Origin: a virus
Reading direction: 5' to 3' (one strand)
IMG/VR virus record: IMGVR_UViG_3300010224_000010
Length of the DNA: 64,000 nt
The notes beneath the pieces are model-generated. The model worked only from the letters and a program-made list of their open reading frames with translations. It was not told the DNA's origin and did not search any database. The first letter of the stretch is position 1. Each line of letters opens with the position of its first letter. A program made the translations under genes and the position numbers. Below are positions 23,713-31,244 of the stretch, in pieces.

Positions 23713-24679
23713 CCCGCTCCATATCGTGCGCCTTCTGCCATGCCTCGGCCCAACGCCAGCTGTGGTCCCGCAGCCTGAGCTGTGCAGCCACCACGCGCCC
23801 TGCCTCCGACAGCTCCTGCCGTAGGGCGGCCGACTCCCGTAGCCGCTTCACCTCCCGGTACCAGACCCTCGGCCGGTCAGCGAGAACACCCGCACCCATC
23901 TCGTGCAGCCGCCGGTACTCCGCCCGCGGAGACGCCACCCACGGCACCCCGCACGCAGACATCTCCAGCGGCTTCAACCAGGACTTCGCCGCGTTGAACC
24001 GCGTATCGGCCAACGGCGCGATACCCACACCGATCCCAGCCACCGCCGCCGGCCACTCGTCGATCGGCACCCCGCCGCCCGGGGGATCCTCGGCGAGCCC
24101 GAACGCGCGGCCCGCGCCAGTGGCGTCGCCGCGCATCTCGAACTCGGCGCCTTCGTCGACGAGTCGGGCAATCGCGCCGCCGACCGGCCCGGGGTCGTTG
24201 GGGTGGGAATGGAACGAGGCAGGCCAGCCGATCGCGTCCGAGTCCGTACGGGGCAAGCCGTAGTACATGTCGGGCAGGTAGTTCGGCAGGACGTGGCCGC
24301 GGCCGTGGCGGGCGTACACGTCGAGGAGGGCCGGTGTGGACACGGTCACCAGTGAGGCGTTGCGGCAGGCGAGCGCGAGGTTGTGCCACGAGTGGAGCCC
24401 GGCGCCCGGGCGGTGGGCGGCCCAGGCCGGGTTGGAGGGGTGGATGGAGGAGAGGTCGTCGTCTACGTCCACGATGACGGTGATGCCCTTGGCGCGCATC
24501 ACGCCGACGGCTTGGGCCATGTAGGCGTGGGTGACGCGCTGGAGGACGACGACGTCGGCGTCGACGAGGACGTCCTTCACCACGTTGCCTTCCATGATGA
24601 CGCGGACGCGGCGGTCTTGGGCTCCCACGACTTCCACGTCATGGCCAGCGGCGGCAAGGCACTCGCCGGGCCACCGCAT
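23684..24679 (-). CDS. GT-B fold glycosyltransferase (GT1/GT4-like), apparently lacking its extreme N-terminus
   Basis: LAAAGHDVEVV, C-terminal EMSACGVPWVASPRAEY nucleotide-sugar motif. Coding-like in-frame sequence continues upstream to a stop with no start codon. Confidence 0.6.
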   Translation of the reverse strand: MRWPGECLAAAGHDVEVVGAQDRRVRVIMEGNVVKDVLVDADVVVLQRVTHAYMAQAVGVMRAKGITVIVDVDDDLSSIHPSNPAWAAHRPGAGLHSWHNLALACRNASLVTVSTPALLDVYARHGRGHVLPNYLPDMYYGLPRTDSDAIGWPASFHSHPNDPGPVGGAIARLVDEGAEFEMRGDATGAGRAFGLAEDPPGGGVPIDEWPAAVAGIGVGIAPLADTRFNAAKSWLKPLEMSACGVPWVASPRAEYRRLHEMGAGVLADRPRVWYREVKRLRESAALRQELSEAGRVVAAQLRLRDHSWRWAEAWQKAHDMERATPRAAVAV

Positions 24680-24744
24680 CCTAAAGCTGCCACACCCGAA
24701 AGCTGTCCGATGGGTACACGACGGCCTTCACGGATATCACCCGC

Positions 24745-25314
24745 TTACGCGGAACCCTTCTTGTTGGCGTACCAGACTTTCGCCCGTGCACGCATGCATG
24801 CTTTGCACTTACGTCGGTTCTTGTTGGGGCCGTTCCAACTGATGTTGTCTTCGTTGTACGGATGCCCTTGGGGACAGTGGGTCAATTCCTGTCCGGACTT
24901 CGCTGCGGGCGTTGTGATTGCCGCTGCGTGACCCCATCCACGGCGTACGACTCGGAGGCGCAAGGCGGTCTCAGCGACGAGGCATCGCGGGTCTCGCGCC
25001 CACATGGCGACTGACTTGGTCTCGCCGAATGCCGTCAACAGCACCTGACTCCGCCTGTTGTTGGCCTGTGTGATCCGGTCGGCCCACCGGCAGTTGTCCG
25101 GCTGGTAGTTGCCGTCGTTGTCGATCCGGTCGATCGAGAGACCTTCCGCGTATCCCGATTCGATGGCCCACAGTCGGAACGCACCGTAGTCGCTCCATTC
25201 TTCGCAGACCGATATCCCTCGGCCTCCGTAGCGACCGTCCTCTGTGTTGTTGCATCGACTGTGCATCTGGCGCCAGACTTTGAGGAGGAGTTCCTCGCAA
25301 CGCGCGTTTAGCAT
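24745..25314 (-). CDS. HNH homing endonuclease
   Basis: IDRIDNDGNYQPDNCRW core, C-terminal HCPQGHPYNEDN...RRKCKAC repeat. Visibly lower GC than the flanks. Confidence 0.75.
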   Translation of the reverse strand: MLNARCEELLLKVWRQMHSRCNNTEDGRYGGRGISVCEEWSDYGAFRLWAIESGYAEGLSIDRIDNDGNYQPDNCRWADRITQANNRRSQVLLTAFGETKSVAMWARDPRCLVAETALRLRVVRRGWGHAAAITTPAAKSGQELTHCPQGHPYNEDNISWNGPNKNRRKCKACMRARAKVWYANKKGSA

Positions 25315-25319
25315 GCTGA

Positions 25320-25365
25320 AATTCTATCCGCCGTACAGGCTCTCGTGATTCCGACGGATAGAATT
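25320..25365. repeat. AT-rich inverted repeat upstream of the HNH gene
   Basis: AATTCTATCCG ... CGGATAGAATT (11-bp arms) in a low-GC spacer. Confidence 0.5.
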
Positions 25366-25410
25366 CGCGTGTTACCTAGATCTCTCACCAGCGATAATTC
25401 TCAGACCACT

Positions 25411-25596
25411 TCACGCCCCGGTCCGCTTCGCCGTTGCTGCGCGACGCGGCGCCTTCTCCAGTTCGTCGACGCGTGCGGTGAGTTCGGAGACTTGCTTCTC
25501 CAGCTCGGTCACGCGGTCCGGTCCGGGTAGGCCGTCCGCTAGCTCAGCGGAGACTTCTCGGGCGATGATGCGCATCCGCGCGTCAAGGGCGCTCAT
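25411..25596 (-). CDS. hypothetical small coiled-coil protein (lysis-cassette associated)
   Basis: MSALDARMRIIAREV...ELEKQVSELTARVDELEK. ATGA overlap with the holin-like gene. Confidence 0.5.
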   Translation of the reverse strand: MSALDARMRIIAREVSAELADGLPGPDRVTELEKQVSELTARVDELEKAPRRAATAKRTGA

Positions 25597-25931
25597 ACGG
25601 CGGGCTCCTTCGGGGATACCTGGGCGCGCGTCAGCAGAGTGAGCACCGCCAGCACGAAGCCGTTGACCGCTGCTACGGTCCCTGCGGACACGTCGTAGTG
25701 GTAGGCCGCGAGCAGGTCGGCTGAGGCCGTGACCACAGTGGTGAAGACTGCCGGAGCGATCGGCCTGGTCAGTACAGCGGTGGCGGCGCCGAACAGGGCA
25801 GTGATGAGGGCGACCCATCCTGCGGCTTCCTCCGCGTCGAGGCCGATGCCGAGCGAGACGATGAGGGAGAGGGCGCCGGAGATGACGCTGATCCACAGCG
25901 CGGGCTCGCGGCCGAAGGGTGTGATCTTCAT
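25593..25931 (-). CDS. holin-like multi-TM membrane protein
   Basis: 112 aa with 3-4 hydrophobic helices, 5 nt downstream of the lysin. Confidence 0.6.
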   Translation of the reverse strand: MKITPFGREPALWISVISGALSLIVSLGIGLDAEEAAGWVALITALFGAATAVLTRPIAPAVFTTVVTASADLLAAYHYDVSAGTVAAVNGFVLAVLTLLTRAQVSPKEPAV

Positions 25932-25936
25932 GAGGG

Positions 25937-26875
25937 TCAGGCCTCCGGGTGGTCGACGGAGAGGTGCACGTCGATGGACTCGATCGCCTGCTTCAGCTCG
26001 GTGACGATCGTGGCGGGGTCGATGTCGCCGAGGCCGGCCGCGAGTTGGGCGACGGTGTCGACGAGCTTGGTGTTGACCTCGGTGAGCGCGGCGACTTTGG
26101 CCTCGGTCCGGCGGGTGACGATCTCGATGTTGCGGGCGGAGGTGGCGAGCGCGATGTACGGATTGGTCGTGCCTTCGACCGGGTTGGCGATGACGCCGTC
26201 CAGGGTCAGGGTCTTGCGGGCGATCAGTTCGGCGTCGGCTTCGGAGATGGTCATGTCGTCCTCCTTGTTGGGGTTCCAGTCGGGGGTGTGCGCGAGCCGG
26301 GCGGCGACGGCTGCCCGGAAGACGTTCATGTCGAAGCTGGGGTCGACCTTGCCGGGCTGGACTTCCTTGTGGCCGGCCACGCTCTTCTCGCTCCAGCCGT
26401 GGGCCCGGCAGATTGCCGCCGCCCAGCGCACTGCCTGGTCGTACTGGGTGCTCGGGTACGGGTCGGTGCCGTTGCCGAGGTTCTCGATCTCCAGGCCGTA
26501 CAGGCAGTCGTTGCCGTCGGTGTCGGCGCGGTCGTCCTTCGGCAGGGGCGACGACTCGGCCACCAGGGCGTGGATGACGTCGCCGTCGACCAACCCGGCG
26601 TGATTCGCGCGGCCGTTGCCGATCATCCACAGGCCGGCCGTCTTGCCGAGCCAGGAGTGGCACAGCGGGCCGGGCAGGTCGGATCTGCCGTTGAAGCAGA
26701 TCTCCTTGTCGCCATGGCCGGCGGTGTGGTGGATGAGGACGCCGTGCACGGGGCCGAAGGTCTTGCCGGTCGCGGTGTCCCGGTTGTGGGTCTTCCAGCC
26801 GGCGTGCTCGTTGACGGTGAGGCCTTCGGCCTTCAGTGCGGCGAGCATCTTCGCGGCAGTCAGGGGTGTGGCCAT
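25937..26875 (-). CDS. endolysin, N-acetylmuramoyl-L-alanine amidase (Amidase_2/PGRP)
   Basis: GVLIHHTAG ... GNGRANHAG ... AGHKEV zinc-amidase pattern plus a C-terminal extension. Confidence 0.8.
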   Translation of the reverse strand: MATPLTAAKMLAALKAEGLTVNEHAGWKTHNRDTATGKTFGPVHGVLIHHTAGHGDKEICFNGRSDLPGPLCHSWLGKTAGLWMIGNGRANHAGLVDGDVIHALVAESSPLPKDDRADTDGNDCLYGLEIENLGNGTDPYPSTQYDQAVRWAAAICRAHGWSEKSVAGHKEVQPGKVDPSFDMNVFRAAVAARLAHTPDWNPNKEDDMTISEADAELIARKTLTLDGVIANPVEGTTNPYIALATSARNIEIVTRRTEAKVAALTEVNTKLVDTVAQLAAGLGDIDPATIVTELKQAIESIDVHLSVDHPEA

Positions 26876-26883
26876 GCGAGCTC

Positions 26884-27417
26884 CTACAGGGGGAAGACGA
26901 CGATGCGGCGGGACAGGAACGTGCCCGTACCGGTGCCGACCCGGTACTTCGCCGTGAACGTGTTCGAGCCCGGGGTGAGGCCCGTGTCGAGCACGACCCC
27001 GGAGGTGATCACTCCGGCCCCGGCCACCCCGTACACGCCGATGCCCCGGTTGTCCGCAGCGGCGACCGTTGAAGCACCGGAGATGTCGTAGGCCATGCGG
27101 GAGGCGCCGGTCCCGGTGTTCTCCATCGCCCCGTGCACGACCACCAGGGCGGCCGGCCCCGTGGTGACGGTAACGGCGGGCCCTGGCGTGGCCAGGTCGG
27201 TGAACGTGGACGATGCGGTGGTCTCGGAAGTGAGGACGCTCGCAGTGGCGGAGACCCGCTCGGAGATTTCGTTGGTGTCCGATACGGCGAAATGCGCTCC
27301 GGCCGTCGTGGCCTTCGCGGGCGCCGTCTCGTTCAGGTTGTCGCGGATGAAGGTGTTGAACTGGGATGCCGTGAAGACCGAGTTGGAGACGGCCGTCATG
27401 GGAGCGGACCAGGCCAT
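26884..27417 (-). CDS. tail fibre-associated protein, paralog 1
   Basis: MAWSAPMTAVSNSVFTASQFNTFIRDNLNETAPAKAT..., collinear with its neighbour along the whole length. Confidence 0.6.
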   Translation of the reverse strand: MAWSAPMTAVSNSVFTASQFNTFIRDNLNETAPAKATTAGAHFAVSDTNEISERVSATASVLTSETTASSTFTDLATPGPAVTVTTGPAALVVVHGAMENTGTGASRMAYDISGASTVAAADNRGIGVYGVAGAGVITSGVVLDTGLTPGSNTFTAKYRVGTGTGTFLSRRIVVFPL

Positions 27418-27428
27418 GAGACAGCTCC

Positions 27429-27968
27429 TCAGAACGGGACGACGATGATGCGGCGGCTGCTGAAGCTGCCGGTGCCGGAGCTGACGCGGTATTTCGCGGT
27501 GAAGGTGTTCACTCCCGGGGTGATGGGGGTCATCAACGTCATGTCGCTCGCGCCGAGGTTGACGTTGGCGACGCCGAAGATGGAGACGCCGCGGTTGTCG
27601 GCCGGGGCCTGGCTGTGGGCGCCGGAGACTTCGTAGGCCATGCGTACGGATCCGACGCCGGAGTTCTCGGCGGCGCAGCGGACGATGACGAGCACGGTCG
27701 GTCCGGTCTCCAGGGTGACCGAAGGGCCGACGCTGGTGCCGGACAGGTTGCCGAAGGCGGTGGAGGTGGTGGTACCCAGGGTGAGGTCTGCTCCGGTGGC
27801 GGCCCGGCGTTCGGCGATGGCGTTGACGCCGGAGCTGACGAAGTAGCCGCCTGCCGCAGTCGCCTTGGCGGGGGCGGTCTCGTTGAGGTTGTCCCTCACG
27901 AATTGGTTGAACTGGGCGGCGGTGAACGTCGAGTTGGCGACGGCCGTCATGGGGGCGGACCAGGTCAC
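27429..27968 (-). CDS. tail fibre-associated protein, paralog 2
   Basis: MTWSAPMTAVANSTFTAAQFNQFVRDNLNETAPAKAT... and C-terminal NTFTAKYRVSSGTGSFSSRRIIVVPF match paralog 1. Confidence 0.6.
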   Translation of the reverse strand: MTWSAPMTAVANSTFTAAQFNQFVRDNLNETAPAKATAAGGYFVSSGVNAIAERRAATGADLTLGTTTSTAFGNLSGTSVGPSVTLETGPTVLVIVRCAAENSGVGSVRMAYEVSGAHSQAPADNRGVSIFGVANVNLGASDMTLMTPITPGVNTFTAKYRVSSGTGSFSSRRIIVVPF

Positions 27969-27969
27969 G

Positions 27970-28311
27970 TCAGCCGACCTCCTCGCGCATGTGCTGCACG
28001 GTTTCTTCGCGGAGGTCGGCAGGCGTCTGGCCGTGCGGGAGGTTCAGGCGTACGGCTTCGACGTGGCCGTCCGGGTACCAGTTGCGGGTGGCGGGCACTG
28101 GGCGTTCGGCGAGCGCTTCCCAGATGGCGTCGGCGTTGGGGGGCCAGACGATGGGGGCGATCATGTGGCAGCCGCCTTCGCCGGAGCAGTGGAAGGTGGG
28201 TTCGCCCGGCTTGAGGCGGATGGCGTTGGCGCAGTGGCGTCGCGGGCAGTCGGCGATCCAGCGTCCGTGGTTGACGCGGGCGCGCGCGGTGGGTGCGAGG
28301 AGCTGGGCCAT
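27970..28311 (-). CDS. small Cys/His-rich tail-region protein
   Basis: ATG 28311 sits 7 nt after a TACCGT -10-like hexamer (leaderless geometry); alternative GTG at 28329. CPRRHC...HCSGEGGCH. Confidence 0.5.
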   Translation of the reverse strand: MAQLLAPTARARVNHGRWIADCPRRHCANAIRLKPGEPTFHCSGEGGCHMIAPIVWPPNADAIWEALAERPVPATRNWYPDGHVEAVRLNLPHGQTPADLREETVQHMREEVG

Positions 28312-28318
28312 GGGGTGG

Positions 28319-28353
28319 ACGGTAGGCACCCCCCGTCCATGATCGTTCCGGTG
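28319..28353 (-). promoter_or_regulatory. conserved 35-nt promoter-like motif, copy a
   Basis: Minus strand CACCGGAACGATC-N12-TGCCTACCGT. Same spacing as the copies at 37906-37940 and 48979-49013. Confidence 0.55.
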
Positions 28354-28355
28354 GG

Positions 28356-29252
28356 TCAGGTGCCGAAGCGGCCGACGTCGAACCGGCCTTGGGTGGGGTG
28401 GTCGAAGATGAATACCGATGCCGGGTCGTCGGCCGCGGTGGGGTCGAAGACGCCGTCGTCGAATCCGAGCCCGGCGACGTCGAAGGTGAACGGGTTGGTC
28501 GGCACGATCAGGCCAGTGCGTTCACAGCCGAGGGTGGCGTAGTGCACGCGTGTCTCGCAGCCGGTGTCTTCTGCGTCGGCGTTCGGCATGCGGGCGATGG
28601 CGTGTTCGAGGCTCTCGATGTGGAAGTCGCCGTCCAGGCCGAGTTCACCGTGCTGGATGGTGATGAGGTCGGAGATGGTGCGGGTGAGGATTTGCAGGAG
28701 GTGTTCCTCGTCGGAGGAGACGAGCCTGAGAGAGACGGTGGGGCGGCGTTGTGCGTAGTGGGCCAGGAGCAGAAGGGCGATGGCCTGGGCGTCGTTGGCG
28801 TTCACCCAGGGGGCGTCGTCCGGGTTGGAGCGCTGGCCGTGGCGCTGGACGCTGACGGCGTCGGCGGCGGAGACCTTGATGGTGCGGGCGACGGGCACCG
28901 GCCGGGCTCGGATCTGGACGTGGTTGATGGTGACGGCGCCCCCGGCCGCTGTGATGGTGAGGGTGGTGGACTGGCCGGAGCGGCGCGAGATCGAGGTGAC
29001 GACCGTGCCGGGGCCGCTGAAGGTGATGTCGGTTCCGGAGACGAGGTCGAGGGCGTCACGGAAGGGGTCGGAGGCCTTGGCCTGGATCTGGATGGACTGG
29101 CCGAGGCTGAGGGCGATGGTGTCGTCGCTGGACCACACCACGTCGTAGGTGTCCTGGGGGCGGCGTTCGTCGACGTCGAAGTTGACGGTGTTGACGATGT
29201 CGCGCCAGCCGTGGGAGTAGCCGAACGGTTCGAGGAAGGACAGGTTGGGCAC
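28356..29252 (-). CDS. minor tail protein
   Basis: 298-aa ORF within the tail block. AGGAGG RBS before the GTG. Confidence 0.55.
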   Translation of the reverse strand: MPNLSFLEPFGYSHGWRDIVNTVNFDVDERRPQDTYDVVWSSDDTIALSLGQSIQIQAKASDPFRDALDLVSGTDITFSGPGTVVTSISRRSGQSTTLTITAAGGAVTINHVQIRARPVPVARTIKVSAADAVSVQRHGQRSNPDDAPWVNANDAQAIALLLLAHYAQRRPTVSLRLVSSDEEHLLQILTRTISDLITIQHGELGLDGDFHIESLEHAIARMPNADAEDTGCETRVHYATLGCERTGLIVPTNPFTFDVAGLGFDDGVFDPTAADDPASVFIFDHPTQGRFDVGRFGT

Positions 29253-29260
29253 GTCGCCTC

Positions 29261-29506
29261 CTAGGCAGGCTTGTATGTCCAGTCGCTGGTGCCGGTGGCT
29301 TCGGTGACCTTGACGACTGTGTCGACCTGCTCGTGGCCGCTGGCGTTGAGGGAATCGGTGAACGCCTGTATGGCAGTGTCGATGTCGGCCTCCGTGTAGC
29401 CGAAGCCGGCCTGCTGGCCCAGGACGACGCTGAAGGCTCCGAAGAAGACGGGGCCGTTCGCCTGCAGCGTGTAGACCGTTTTCGAGTCGGTGTAGGACGT
29501 GGGCAT
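29261..29506 (-). CDS. hypothetical tail-region protein
   Basis: ATG 29506 with GAGGAG RBS. The track ORF start at 29539 would overlap the tailspike gene by 25 nt. Confidence 0.5.
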   Translation of the reverse strand: MPTSYTDSKTVYTLQANGPVFFGAFSVVLGQQAGFGYTEADIDTAIQAFTDSLNASGHEQVDTVVKVTEATGTSDWTYKPA

Positions 29507-29514
29507 GAGGCTCC

Positions 29515-31242
29515 TCAGGCGGGTTCGACGATCATCCACGCGACGGTGCGCGCGTCGGATGCGTTGGACGAGGCGATGGCGAACGAAGTGCCAGCCGTGC
29601 GCGTGGAGACGGACAGGAAGCCAGCGTTGGTCGTTCCGGACTGGGCGGTCAGGAAGATCCGCGAGTTGGCCGTGACAGCGGTGGTGCTGACGGTGACCGC
29701 GCCGGCGGTGAGGGTGGCGGTGCCCATCTTGGCGTTGCTGCCTTCAGCGACGCGCAGGCCGCGGCCGATGGTGCTGATGAGGACGTTGCCGAGGAACCGG
29801 GTGTCGCCGTTGGAGCGGGTGATCCGGAACGGGATGTCGATCTCGGTCCCGGCGTCGGAGAAGCGCGCGATGTCGAAGTCGGACCCGGCGTTGGAGCCGG
29901 ACTCGGCGGTCGAGTTGGAGCGGGTCTCCCAGCGCTGACCCGAGCCGCGCGTGAAGTACTGGAATGCCTTGGTCGCACCGGTCGCGCCCATGAGGGTCAT
30001 GCGGTCGCTGTTGGAGATGGTCTGCACACCCGTCGAGGGATCGACGGTGACCTGAGTGACGCCCGCTGCCCGGTTCAGGCAGACCGCGAGGTCGTTGTAC
30101 GGGCCGGTGGTGCCCTCGATCCAGCCTCCTGCCACGGAGGCGCGGCGGGTGAACTGGGTCTGGATTCCGTAGGCAGGGGTGCGCGTGCCGGTGCCGTCGT
30201 CGTTGCGGCCGACGTAGGTGGAGCAGCCCTGGAACACAGCGCCGGGGTTTTGGGTGGAGGCGTCGGTGCCGATCAGGTTGAACCCGGCGCGGGTGAGGCC
30301 GTCGGAGCCGTCTCGCTTCGCCTGGCAGCCGACGACGAGGAACGGCTTTCCGCCGTCGAGGCATTCGAACTGGAAGCCGTGCTTCTCGCTGCGGTCGGTG
30401 TTGCAGCCGACGAGGACGGTGGAGGAGTTGATGCCGGTGAAGCGGAAGCCGTACTCGTCGTTGAATTCGGCGCGGCAGCCGATCAGCGAGACGGCGTTGG
30501 GGTTTTGCAGGATGTAGCCGCCGCCTGCGTTGGCCTGGGAGTAGCAGCTGGTCAGGTCTACGTCGGTGGCGCCTTCGGTGCCGGTGGTGCTGATCAGGTT
30601 GAAGCCGACCCCGTCGTTGGTGCTGGCGATGACCTGGTCGAAGACCATGCCCGCGCCACGGTCGGCGTAGACGGCGTCGCCCGTGAATTCCCACATCGTG
30701 CACCGGCGGATCTGGATGTCCTTGACGCCGTGGGTGATGCGGACCGCGGTCAGGGGCTGGCTGGAGGCGTTGAGTGTGGAGCGCCCGTTGAAGGCCAGTC
30801 CTTCGACGCGTGGGCCGCCGCCGTAGGCCGAGTCGATGTAGGAGCCGTTGACGGGGGCCGGGTCGATGCGGATCAGTTCGTCGCCGTTGAAGTTGCCCAG
30901 GCCGGGCCGAAGGTAGGACGTGGTCATGTTGGTGCGGGGCGCGAAGTGCGGGCTCCAGCCGGCGCCGCGGAGGGTGACTCCGAGGGTAAGGACGACCGGG
31001 GAGCCGAGCCGGTACTGGCCGGGAGGGATGTAGACGATGCCGCCCTGCCCGGCGGCGTCGATCGCGTCCTGGAACGGGCCGGTGTTGTCGGTGGGGTCGG
31101 GGGTCTGTCCGTCGGCGGCTGCTCCGAAGTCGAGGACGTTGAGCCAGGGCTTCGACGTATTGATCTGCTCTTGTAGGTCTTCCAGGGCAGCGTTGAGGAC
31201 AGGACCCCATCCCGGCTGGTTGATGGTGGGTGTGGTGACCAT
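29515..31242 (-). CDS. tailspike / tail fibre with pectate-lyase-like beta-helix (polysaccharide depolymerase)
   Basis: LNVLDFGAAADG..DNTGPFQDAIDAAGQGGIVYIPPGQYRL is the Pectate_lyase_3 N-terminal signature, followed by repetitive beta-helix-like sequence. Confidence 0.65.
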   Translation of the reverse strand: MVTTPTINQPGWGPVLNAALEDLQEQINTSKPWLNVLDFGAAADGQTPDPTDNTGPFQDAIDAAGQGGIVYIPPGQYRLGSPVVLTLGVTLRGAGWSPHFAPRTNMTTSYLRPGLGNFNGDELIRIDPAPVNGSYIDSAYGGGPRVEGLAFNGRSTLNASSQPLTAVRITHGVKDIQIRRCTMWEFTGDAVYADRGAGMVFDQVIASTNDGVGFNLISTTGTEGATDVDLTSCYSQANAGGGYILQNPNAVSLIGCRAEFNDEYGFRFTGINSSTVLVGCNTDRSEKHGFQFECLDGGKPFLVVGCQAKRDGSDGLTRAGFNLIGTDASTQNPGAVFQGCSTYVGRNDDGTGTRTPAYGIQTQFTRRASVAGGWIEGTTGPYNDLAVCLNRAAGVTQVTVDPSTGVQTISNSDRMTLMGATGATKAFQYFTRGSGQRWETRSNSTAESGSNAGSDFDIARFSDAGTEIDIPFRITRSNGDTRFLGNVLISTIGRGLRVAEGSNAKMGTATLTAGAVTVSTTAVTANSRIFLTAQSGTTNAGFLSVSTRTAGTSFAIASSNASDARTVAWMIVEPA

Positions 31243-31244
31243 GG

